Virus record (IMG/VR): IMGVR_UViG_3300030372_000392
Location: 1 to 43,978 of that record
Length of the DNA stretch: 43,978 nucleotides
DNA from: a virus
Lineage: Duplodnaviria; Caudoviricetes
Strand: one strand, 5' to 3'
Numbering within the stretch: the first letter of the stretch is position 1; every line of letters starts with the position of its first letter. Made by a program: the position numbers and the translations under genes. Of the stretch, positions 18,361 through 26,684 are shown piece by piece. The notes beneath the pieces are model-generated. The model was not told where the DNA came from, did not search any database, and was given only the letters and a program-made list of their open reading frames with translations.

Positions 18361-19556
18361 TAAACTATCCTCCTTGCATAAGACATTGGGTTTATTAGAC
18401 CACCTTCTTGATAACCACCTCCAATACCCCTCATTGGTGGTTTAAAGTAATTATATACAGGTTGTACATTGCTAGGGCTAATGTCTTCAAACATTGGTCT
18501 TCTCATTTCTTGATTTCCTAATACCTGACCGAGTCTACCTTCTTGCCTTGCTATATCAACTCCTAAATTTCTAGACAATTCTTTCATTTGATTGTACATA
18601 TTATTTGAATCTCTTGCTAATGCGTATTCTTCTCCTATTAATGAAGGTGATGATACTTTTCCTATTTCATCTAAGCCTAAGTCAGAAAATAATGTTTCAT
18701 CTCCTCTACTAGCTAACTCTTGAAGAGATGGTGAATCAGGGCTAAAAGAACTAGGTATACTACCCTCTGCGTAATCAAGATTTACATCGTCTAATCCAAA
18801 AAACTTATCGTCTTCTAGGAGTTGTGGACTCATACTAAAAGAACCTGAGCCGACATTAATCATTGAATCTGATGCACTTGGCAAAACCCTAGGGTCAGTA
18901 AGCTGTTGTGGTTGAGCTAAACTAAAATTACCAAAAGAATCGCCCCTTCCAAACCTTAAACCTTCACCAGCTTCACCCATTTCTAATCCTTGAGCATATC
19001 TTTCTCCTTCTGATGGAGGCTGTATAGTAGAAAAAGTATCACCTGAACCTGTAAAAAGATTTGCCAATTTACCTTTTGTTACATCACCTAAGTAGTCTGT
19101 AGCTGACCCAACTAAAGAAGCTCCTGACTTTCCTAAGCTTCTTCCAAGCCTATTCTTCATACTATCCTTACTAAATCCGAATTGTTCTTTATATAACTTA
19201 TCTACATCATCAAAATCATCAGCAAAAAAAGCAGTTCTCCTTTTAACATCTTTAGGTTTTCCAGTAAGTACATCACCTAGTGTTTCTCCCATAAACTGAC
19301 CATATCCTTTAGAATATGCTTGAGCTAAACTGCCAACTAAACCATCCCCTGCTAAACTTTTAGTTAAAAGACCTGCTCCTTTACTCCAAATGTCACCAAG
19401 TCCTTTTGACAATTTAGATTTTTTTTCATAAGCTTCAGCGGCTTTCCTAGCATCTTCTTCTGCCATTCGTGCTTGAGTATCAAAGTAACTACTGGCTAAT
19501 ATACGCCTACCAGCTCTTCCTCCTACTCTGTAGTTTTTTATATTATTGTAATTCAT
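18360..19556 (-). CDS. Internal virion protein (putative)
   Basis: Gly/Ala-rich helices; YRVGG and YQEGG at the two termini. Confidence 0.55.
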   Translation of the reverse strand: MNYNNIKNYRVGGRAGRRILASSYFDTQARMAEEDARKAAEAYEKKSKLSKGLGDIWSKGAGLLTKSLAGDGLVGSLAQAYSKGYGQFMGETLGDVLTGKPKDVKRRTAFFADDFDDVDKLYKEQFGFSKDSMKNRLGRSLGKSGASLVGSATDYLGDVTKGKLANLFTGSGDTFSTIQPPSEGERYAQGLEMGEAGEGLRFGRGDSFGNFSLAQPQQLTDPRVLPSASDSMINVGSGSFSMSPQLLEDDKFFGLDDVNLDYAEGSIPSSFSPDSPSLQELASRGDETLFSDLGLDEIGKVSSPSLIGEEYALARDSNNMYNQMKELSRNLGVDIARQEGRLGQVLGNQEMRRPMFEDISPSNVQPVYNYFKPPMRGIGGGYQEGGLINPMSYARRIV

Positions 19557-19568
19557 TTTATATTTCCA

Positions 19569-20249
19569 TTATATAGTTACTTCAACTCTCCATACAGACG
19601 TTACGTAAAAATCAACAGTATCGTTTCCGGGGTCTGTAGCAAAGTCAATAGATATACCAACTTTGTCATTAGCTTCTACTCTTGGAGGGTTGTTAAAATC
19701 TGCTCTGTTTATAGTTATAGCTGTGTCATTTGAAAGAGTGCTTGTGTATGTATAACTAGATACTTCGTCAGCAGTTTGGTCATTATCTTGTTTGTATACC
19801 TTAAAAGTTATATCATATGTCATATTATCTAAAGGTTCTGCTCTAAATAATATCTTTTCACAAGTCATATTATAAGGAACTAAAAACCCAGTTGTTGCAC
19901 TATCCATACTGGTTTGCTCTCCTGTTCCATTCCAAGGTAAAAAAGTCTCATTACCATCGGTGTTCTTAGTATAATTATGTATAAAGATTCTATAGTCTAT
20001 AAACTCATGAGTGTAAATTAATTTTTTTGCTGTTAATGTTTTGTCTACTATTTGATTTCCATCTGCAGACATATAAGACTTCCATAACTTACCAAATTTC
20101 TTTCTATATAACGCAAGTTGACTATTTGATTTTTTCTGTATTGCAACTTGACCTTCTACCATTCCACCAATAGAGGGAGTTCCTTGAAACTCTAACGAAG
20201 ACTCTTTAGTATTTATTACCTTTCTTATATCTCTTTCAGATAATTCCAT
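19569..20249 (-). CDS. Virion structural protein (beta-rich C-terminus)
   Basis: Coupled to the tail gene. Confidence 0.55.
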   Translation of the reverse strand: MELSERDIRKVINTKESSLEFQGTPSIGGMVEGQVAIQKKSNSQLALYRKKFGKLWKSYMSADGNQIVDKTLTAKKLIYTHEFIDYRIFIHNYTKNTDGNETFLPWNGTGEQTSMDSATTGFLVPYNMTCEKILFRAEPLDNMTYDITFKVYKQDNDQTADEVSSYTYTSTLSNDTAITINRADFNNPPRVEANDKVGISIDFATDPGNDTVDFYVTSVWRVEVTI

Positions 20250-23041
20250 TATGCAACTTCTTTACTTCTTATTGTTCTATATTGTATTGTCATATCATTT
20301 ATTTCAAACTTACCAGCACTAGGGGCATCAAACCTTATTTGTATACTTTGACAAGATATAAATGAAGATGGTGTTAATGTTAACACATCCCATTTACCAC
20401 TAGTATCTGCAAAATTTCCAGTAAAAGTACCTCCTCCATCTCCAGAAAAATTTTGTTTACCATCTACAGAGTAACTAAATGGAGTTGTTTCTGCACCATC
20501 AGATTTATAAGTAATAATAACTTTATATATTTTCTTTACTAAACCGGGTTGACCAAAGTCAATATCTTTTGTAACAAACTCTTGACCTGCAACGGACTTT
20601 TGCACAGGAAGAAATTTTTTAAAATTTACAGTTGTGGCACTATCTGGAAACTCTCCTACGGTTAAATTATTATTCCAGTCTGTTATAAAGTTTGTATATG
20701 TTGCACTATCAGTAAATATAGAGTCATGGTAAATCCATCCATTTGTATCAAAATCATATATCCAACCAGTATTTGAGTTAGTTGTATTATCATCTGGACT
20801 TCTAAACATTATTAATGAGTTACTTATAGGGTCATAACCTATCATTACATCTTTTAAATTAGCACTTCCCCTGTACCAATCTTGCCAATTTACATCTGTT
20901 GCTGAATAAGAAGGGTTACTCATTGATATTCTTCTATCGCTTAAGTTTTGAACAGATGAACCATTATATAAGTAACATCCATTATCTGATACCCAAGCTA
21001 TACCATTGTCCGTTCTAGTAACGCTAAATGGAAAATTAACACCAAAGTTTTTAATTGTAGTTTCTAAATACCAGTTAGATATATTAGGACTAGCTACATT
21101 AATTATGTGAACAAGATTATTTTTAAATGCAACTAATCTGTCTGCGTAAGATTCTAATGCTGTATACTCTCCAAAGTCACCTTTTGAAACATCTATAAAG
21201 TTGTGCTCTAAAAATGTGTCAAATTTATTAATCTCACTAAACATTATTCTATCACCAAATTTTTCTAACTCTCCACCTTTTCCTTTTATTTTTACATTAG
21301 CTATAAAAGTTCTTCTGTTTGCTATAGTTGATGCTTTATAGTTTTCACCATAACCACCTAAAGCAACAAAATTAATATCTGGTGCAAATCCATTTATTGT
21401 GGTGTATGTATCTATTCCCGGAGAGTTTATATTACCTCCTGCATCTCCTAATACATAATATCCATCTGCAGTAGAATCGCTATCAATAGTCCAAGGAACA
21501 TGGTCTCCATCCATCTTAGTTCTAACACCTTTAACTATATCTATATCAGCTATTAATATTAAGTCATCATCAGTTTCAGATATCCTAGTATATACCCTAC
21601 CTCCAGTAATTCTAGCACTATAAGCTAAGTCAGCAAAAACAGAAACTCTTAGTGATTTTAAACCTGCTGTTGTAAATGTAAATTTATCTATTGAACTTTC
21701 GCCATCACCCATTAAAACAGGTATTGATTCTTGGTTGTTATCGTATACAAATGTTTGATAAAACTCATAAGTTTCTTTTTCCCAAAAACCCTCACCGCAA
21801 GTATTATCGCTAACAGCTATATTAAAACCTAATCCACGCTCAAGTATTGGTTTATCTTGGTCAGAATAAGAGGCTGGTGCTGTTCCTGCTAAAGCACCTC
21901 CATAAGCCCTGCTATATACTATAGCACCGCCCTGAGGGCCGGACTCTTTTTTACAAAATAAAAATTCTTCGGGGGTAGCACCTAAAGCAGTTCCTATAGT
22001 TATAACCTCTCCTGTTGTAGATTGGTCTAATACATTCGCACTTGCATCGTCTTTTTCAAAAGTAAATTCAGTTGCTGTTCTAGTATGAAGTCCGTTTAAT
22101 TGTAGTTCTCCATCTGAATCTTTTTTTGCTACAACTACTCCTCTGTTATTTTGATAATAACTAGTTGCATTATTGTTTCCAGTATGCGTTGAATGACCAT
22201 AGCAATAAGTAAACTCACCAGAACCTAGCTTAGGACTTGCTAAGTTATTGGGATGCTCTTGCCACTCTGCAAATATTAATCCCTTTTCATTATTGAACTG
22301 CTGTCTTTGTATATATCCATAAAACTTTATTAAACTTGTATTTTGGTCATTTGAATCACACACTCTTAGTCCTTCATCAATAAAATGAAATACAAACTTA
22401 GATGCACTTCCGCTTATTGTTGGAGTAATTGCGTTTTCTTCCCATCCATTAGCACTAGCAGGGCTAATACCAACATAATCTGTAGTTGCGTTATCAGACC
22501 ATACGTCAATACCATTACTCTCTTCAGCATCTCCAAGGGCAACTAGTTTGTCACCGGGTGCTCTTACAACTTCTATCTTAGGATTTGTAGAACCAGCAGA
22601 ACTTTCATTTGATAGTGTTCCACCTTTAAGAACATAATATATATCCATATCTCCAAAAGTAAGAGTTACGTTATTATTAGTAGCAGTAGCAGGTTTGCTT
22701 AGTACAAATGAAGTTGAATTTGTAATACTAGAAATAAACGTACCGCTTTGTATACCAGTTCCTGATACAGATAAACCTGCTATTATTTGAGCATTAGCAT
22801 TATGGCTTACACTAGTATCTGAATTTGTATCGCAAGTACTATCTGTAAAAGTAGTTCCAAGACCTGAGGCTGAATTTGCAGTAGAAACTATATCTGCAAC
22901 AGTAAATGTTCCATTGTTTGAAACAGTCCCACTTATCTTTACGGTATCACCTATTTTAATTAAATTGTTAGTATATATAGTGCTATTTTCAGCATTAAGA
23001 CCGCCAACTAAAGTAAAATAACTTTCGGATGGTATAGCCAT
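20249..23041 (-). CDS. Tail nozzle/stabilisation-like protein, main part
   Basis: Beta-propeller-like C-terminal region and the ending TKDIDFGQPGLVKKIYKV..IQIRF..FEINDMTIQYR. Confidence 0.65.
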   Translation of the reverse strand: MAIPSESYFTLVGGLNAENSTIYTNNLIKIGDTVKISGTVSNNGTFTVADIVSTANSASGLGTTFTDSTCDTNSDTSVSHNANAQIIAGLSVSGTGIQSGTFISSITNSTSFVLSKPATATNNNVTLTFGDMDIYYVLKGGTLSNESSAGSTNPKIEVVRAPGDKLVALGDAEESNGIDVWSDNATTDYVGISPASANGWEENAITPTISGSASKFVFHFIDEGLRVCDSNDQNTSLIKFYGYIQRQQFNNEKGLIFAEWQEHPNNLASPKLGSGEFTYCYGHSTHTGNNNATSYYQNNRGVVVAKKDSDGELQLNGLHTRTATEFTFEKDDASANVLDQSTTGEVITIGTALGATPEEFLFCKKESGPQGGAIVYSRAYGGALAGTAPASYSDQDKPILERGLGFNIAVSDNTCGEGFWEKETYEFYQTFVYDNNQESIPVLMGDGESSIDKFTFTTAGLKSLRVSVFADLAYSARITGGRVYTRISETDDDLILIADIDIVKGVRTKMDGDHVPWTIDSDSTADGYYVLGDAGGNINSPGIDTYTTINGFAPDINFVALGGYGENYKASTIANRRTFIANVKIKGKGGELEKFGDRIMFSEINKFDTFLEHNFIDVSKGDFGEYTALESYADRLVAFKNNLVHIINVASPNISNWYLETTIKNFGVNFPFSVTRTDNGIAWVSDNGCYLYNGSSVQNLSDRRISMSNPSYSATDVNWQDWYRGSANLKDVMIGYDPISNSLIMFRSPDDNTTNSNTGWIYDFDTNGWIYHDSIFTDSATYTNFITDWNNNLTVGEFPDSATTVNFKKFLPVQKSVAGQEFVTKDIDFGQPGLVKKIYKVIITYKSDGAETTPFSYSVDGKQNFSGDGGGTFTGNFADTSGKWDVLTLTPSSFISCQSIQIRFDAPSAGKFEINDMTIQYRTIRSKEVA

Positions 23042-23457
23042 TATAAGCCACTACCTTCTGGGCCTGCTTGAGGCACATCTACTCTAGATTGAACTTGTAC
23101 AAAATTAATATTTCCAACACTAGTTCCAATGGCTAACGCAGTTCCTGATTTTGTTTCTTCTATATTATTTTCAGAATCCCTACTATGGTCTGACTCAAAG
23201 TAAAAAGCATTGTACCCACCAGTATTTTCTATGCCAGCAGTTCTAGATACTATATAATAGGTTAATGGAGTTGAACTTGTATCTCCATCTGAATCAGCAA
23301 GTGCATCATATAAACCACCTATTGATTTAATTTTACCTAATGCATCAATAGACATATTTGATATATACGAAAACTCTCTTTCTGATATATCCCTAGGGTC
23401 TTTCCTATTATTTATTCCACCAGACCAATCTTTTATAGTGTAAAGCTGTTTAGCCAT
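23041..23457 (-). CDS. Tail nozzle-like N-terminal module encoded as a separate ORF
   Basis: IKDWSGGINNRKDPRDI...N..ID..GKI resembles nozzle/stabilisation protein N-termini. Confidence 0.6.
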   Translation of the reverse strand: MAKQLYTIKDWSGGINNRKDPRDISEREFSYISNMSIDALGKIKSIGGLYDALADSDGDTSSTPLTYYIVSRTAGIENTGGYNAFYFESDHSRDSENNIEETKSGTALAIGTSVGNINFVQVQSRVDVPQAGPEGSGL

Positions 23458-23837
23458 TAATCTAATATCTCCACATGAACTAAATCATCAAACCCATTAT
23501 CTTTTACATCTCCGTCAGAATCCCAATCTCCACCCCAACGAACCTTAACGCCTAATTGATGAGCTATACCTCTAATCATTCCACCCATATAATGAAAACC
23601 ATCTCTGTTTTCCCAGTCAATTGGGTAGGGGGCTAAGTCTACCGCCTTTCCTTCCATATGCTTTGAATACTTTACTTTCGTTGCCCCCTTAGCCAATAGC
23701 TCTTTCTGTCTTTTTTCACTACGCAATCCTTCTATTATAGTAACATCCATAATCTTTATTAATTCATTAAGAACGTTTACTAACCTAGAGTCTACACCCT
23801 TTAATCTTTGTTTACTTCTTTTTCCAAACTTATGCAT
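23457..23837 (-). CDS. Endolysin, M15-family (L-Ala-D-Glu type) peptidase
   Basis: EGLRS..RQ, SKH..GKAVD, RWGGDW, D..HVE zinc-peptidase motifs. Confidence 0.9.
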   Translation of the reverse strand: MHKFGKRSKQRLKGVDSRLVNVLNELIKIMDVTIIEGLRSEKRQKELLAKGATKVKYSKHMEGKAVDLAPYPIDWENRDGFHYMGGMIRGIAHQLGVKVRWGGDWDSDGDVKDNGFDDLVHVEILD

Positions 23838-24210
23838 TACGAACCTTCTTTGCTATTGATTTACTATACTTAGCTCTTCTTTTTCCTGAAGCAGATGCTT
23901 TTCTTTTTGCTTTATTTGTAGAGCTTTTTTGGCTAGGACTAAGACCTTTTCTAACTGACTCAGGTAAGTAACGACCTCTTTTACTTTTTGGCTTTTTCTT
24001 ATCTCCTTTACTAACATAATCCCATTTTTGCTTTGACCATTTAGATAATTTATTACCAGATTTTTTCTTACCAGAATATCTTCCGCCTGCCTGTTTATAA
24101 TATTTAACAGCAAGTTGCATAGCCCTAGCTGAGTGTCCACCCATTTTAGCTCTAGCTTTTGCTTTTGCTCTAGCCCATTTCTTTGGGTCTTTTTTCTTAG
24201 CTGTAGCCAC
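23830..24210 (-). CDS. Basic phage protein
   Basis: SARAMQLAVKYYKQAGGRY, LSKWSKQKW, RYLP; Lys/Arg-rich. Confidence 0.75.
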   Translation of the reverse strand: MATAKKKDPKKWARAKAKARAKMGGHSARAMQLAVKYYKQAGGRYSGKKKSGNKLSKWSKQKWDYVSKGDKKKPKSKRGRYLPESVRKGLSPSQKSSTNKAKRKASASGKRRAKYSKSIAKKVRNA

Positions 24211-24464
24211 TATTTTCCTACTTTTTTCTGAGCCATTTTATGAGACTCTGAAAAGCTTTTTCCTTTTTTCATAGCATTTGCCATTATTCTAATATGCTTT
24301 GCTGTGTGATGTTTTGAATGTTTCTTCATTGCATTTGCTTGTCTCATGGTTAACCCAGACATTGATACACTCTTTACACTTTTAGGTGCTTTTGATTTTG
24401 ATTTAGATTTAGATTTTTTAGGTCTACCTCTTTTTGAACCATATGTTCCTTTACCTTGTGGCAT
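24210..24464 (-). CDS. Basic phage protein
   Basis: MPQGKGTYGSKRGRP N-terminus, His-rich C-terminus; AGGAG RBS. Confidence 0.75.
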   Translation of the reverse strand: MPQGKGTYGSKRGRPKKSKSKSKSKAPKSVKSVSMSGLTMRQANAMKKHSKHHTAKHIRIMANAMKKGKSFSESHKMAQKKVGK

Positions 24465-24476
24465 ATTAAACTCCTT

Positions 24477-24767
24477 TTACCATTTTACTTTATCAGCCCA
24501 ATAAGCCGCAGACATTTTACCTTTTGCTATGTTTTTTCTATGTCTTGCCTTAAAGGATTTTCTTTTCATTTTTATTCTTCTAGACTCACCAGACTTTGGC
24601 TTACCTGCTGTCTTAGCACCTTGCTGTCCAAATCTTATTGTTTTAATCTTCGAACCTTCTTTAGCAACAACAATATGAGATTTTTTGGGATGACCCGGGG
24701 TTCTCTTTGGTTTGTTATAACCAGAAACTCCAGCTCTTTTTAATCTAGAATCTTTTGCTTTAGGCAT
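24477..24767 (-). CDS. Basic phage protein
   Basis: KKSHIV..KTIRFGQQG..RKSFKARH..SAAYWADKVKW. Confidence 0.75.
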   Translation of the reverse strand: MPKAKDSRLKRAGVSGYNKPKRTPGHPKKSHIVVAKEGSKIKTIRFGQQGAKTAGKPKSGESRRIKMKRKSFKARHRKNIAKGKMSAAYWADKVKW

Positions 24768-24955
24768 TATTTAGAACCAAAAACCTTTGAGAAGAAACCT
24801 TTTTTACTTTTCTTTTTTCCCTTCCCAACAATCTTTTTACCTTTCTTCTTTTTCTTTTTAACATCATCCATTGCAACTATCACAACTTCTGACTGCACAG
24901 GGTCAGAGTTTACCGGAGTTCCAATTAGTATTAGTGCAGTTAATATTGACTTCAT
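24767..24955 (-). CDS. Small protein with hydrophobic N-terminus and poly-Lys tail
   Basis: MKSILTALILIG...KKKKKKGKK; ATG follows the upstream stop. Confidence 0.6.
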   Translation of the reverse strand: MKSILTALILIGTPVNSDPVQSEVVIVAMDDVKKKKKKGKKIVGKGKKKSKKGFFSKVFGSK

Positions 24956-24956
24956 A

Positions 24957-25133
24957 TTACATACCAATTTTTTTAAGTAGTACTACTTTAATTACTTTCC
25001 ATAAAGCTTGAAGAACAGCTTCTTCTGTTTTTTCATTAATGATAGGGATATCTACAGCTTTGTTTATTTCTGCAATTATCTCTTTACCATTTTCATCTGA
25101 CAACAAGTCATCTGCTATTAACTTTGCTAACAT
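24957..25133 (-). CDS. Hypothetical protein (58 aa), not in the ORF track
   Basis: GAGG RBS, TAATG coupling; MLAKLIADDLLSDENGKEIIAEINKAVDIPIINEKTEE... Confidence 0.7.
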   Translation of the reverse strand: MLAKLIADDLLSDENGKEIIAEINKAVDIPIINEKTEEAVLQALWKVIKVVLLKKIGM

Positions 25134-25345
25134 TATATTATCCTCATTATTACGTTTATTATTATTGGCAAACCAACCACAGCCACAGTACCCAAGACTT
25201 GCATCTTAGCAATTGACTTTTCGTGATTCTCAACTTTACCATTTAACTTTTCTAGATGTTTCTCTACTCTATTTAAAACAGAGTAAATATTTTTAAGTCT
25301 TTCATCGTGCTTAACAAGAAGGGCATATATATCTTTAGTGTCCAT
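25133..25345 (-). CDS. Coiled-coil protein with C-terminal TM (lysis-associated candidate)
   Basis: Heptad region then a hydrophobic tail; GGAGG RBS. Confidence 0.6.
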   Translation of the reverse strand: MDTKDIYALLVKHDERLKNIYSVLNRVEKHLEKLNGKVENHEKSIAKMQVLGTVAVVGLPIIINVIMRII

Positions 25346-25680
25346 TAGTGCTTACCTCCACCATTTAATCTGCCAGACATATAGCTTATCTTATCAGAAA
25401 GGTCATCAACTTCTTTCATAATTGATTCATGTCTACGATTTCTTTCATCAGATTGTTGCTCTGACTCTCTTTGAATCCTGTCTAATAATTTTAACAATAT
25501 ACCCTCTACATTTGTTATTGTTTCTTCACTTTTTGCTTGACTAACTGCTAAATTATCCAAGCTATCATTTTGAGAAGTTTGAGACTTAGTAAGGTTTACC
25601 AACATATAACCTAAAAATACAACGCAAAAACCTGTTGCTCCTAACGTGCTATAACTTTCCAATAGTACCTGTGTATCCAT
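25345..25680 (-). CDS. Holin-like protein (N-terminal TM plus coiled coil)
   Basis: TM LGATGFCVVFLGYML; near the endolysin. Confidence 0.5.
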   Translation of the reverse strand: MDTQVLLESYSTLGATGFCVVFLGYMLVNLTKSQTSQNDSLDNLAVSQAKSEETITNVEGILLKLLDRIQRESEQQSDERNRRHESIMKEVDDLSDKISYMSGRLNGGGKH

Positions 25681-25682
25681 TT

Positions 25683-26003
25683 TTATTTCCGCTTTTTCTT
25701 ACCCCAACTAAGAGGATTTATATTAAATTCTTTTTCATAAAATGCTACTTTTTCTGCCAACTCTTGTCTCTCAGTCCTTTCTTCCAAGATATGTTTATCA
25801 AGTAAATTCCCAATTTGTTCATCAGCAGTAGCAACTTGATTTTCCAATGTTTTAATTCTAGTTTCAATTCTGTAGTATCCATATATTAATGTTCCTATTA
25901 GTATAACTCCTTGTGCTATCCAACGTAAATTGATTGATATTATTGCATTGTCATCAACAACAGCACCTCTATAACTTCTAGCTGTTTTAATATCACTCAT
26001 CAA
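25683..26003 (-). CDS. Membrane protein with coiled coil
   Basis: TM WIAQGVILIGTLIYGYY. Confidence 0.6.
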   Translation of the reverse strand: MMSDIKTARSYRGAVVDDNAIISINLRWIAQGVILIGTLIYGYYRIETRIKTLENQVATADEQIGNLLDKHILEERTERQELAEKVAFYEKEFNINPLSWGKKKRK

Positions 26004-26232
26004 TTAATTGCACATCTTCATACTGATGATGCACCCAACACCAGTTTCTAGTTTGATAAACTCTATCATGGTAATAATGAAGAGAAGAATCAGTCCCCAT
26101 TATTTCTATAAAAACTGTATTTGTAACGGTATCCTGCGGTGTAAGAGCAACACCTCCTACGCTCCACCCCTGACTGCACCCTAAAAAACTTGTAATTAAC
26201 ATTAAAGCCATAACTCGAACTAATGTTTTCAT
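25993..26232 (-). CDS. Putative lipoprotein
   Basis: Signal peptide with lipobox-like FLG-C. Confidence 0.55.
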   Translation of the reverse strand: MKTLVRVMALMLITSFLGCSQGWSVGGVALTPQDTVTNTVFIEIMGTDSSLHYYHDRVYQTRNWCWVHHQYEDVQLIDE

Positions 26233-26675
26233 TCATCTACTTTCCATTTATCTGATGTTGCTATATAATTTTTAATTTCTTCATTCGTGTAAGCAGTAAA
26301 TCCAGTAGGCAAAGCATTTAATTCTGCCATCGTAAAATCTGATTTAATTACCATTTCTGTTTTATCTGATGAAACTCTTGGAGCAAAGTAATGTGGGTGC
26401 CTTTCATTTAAGTCAGATACTTTTGCATTATGGTTTACTGTATTACCAACCGGTTTTGCACCTTCTACTTTATTTAATAACTGCGATTTTGTATCGCTAC
26501 TATTATAATTAATTTTCCAAGTATCGCAAAAAGATTTAATCTCAGCGTTAGTATTTGATGAAGTAGGATAGTCTGGTTCGTCAAGCGAAGTCCAGTCGTA
26601 TCTATTAGTAATTACCTTTGCCTTTGCAGTATCTGTATTAGGCATTAGAATGTAATGTGTGTATTGTCCTTTCAT
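26229..26675 (-). CDS. Hypothetical protein with inserted HeH/LEM-like motif
   Basis: PTSSNTNAEIKSFCDTWKINYNSSDTKSQLL. Confidence 0.6.
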   Translation of the reverse strand: MKGQYTHYILMPNTDTAKAKVITNRYDWTSLDEPDYPTSSNTNAEIKSFCDTWKINYNSSDTKSQLLNKVEGAKPVGNTVNHNAKVSDLNERHPHYFAPRVSSDKTEMVIKSDFTMAELNALPTGFTAYTNEEIKNYIATSDKWKVDE

Positions 26676-26684
26676 AATTATTTC

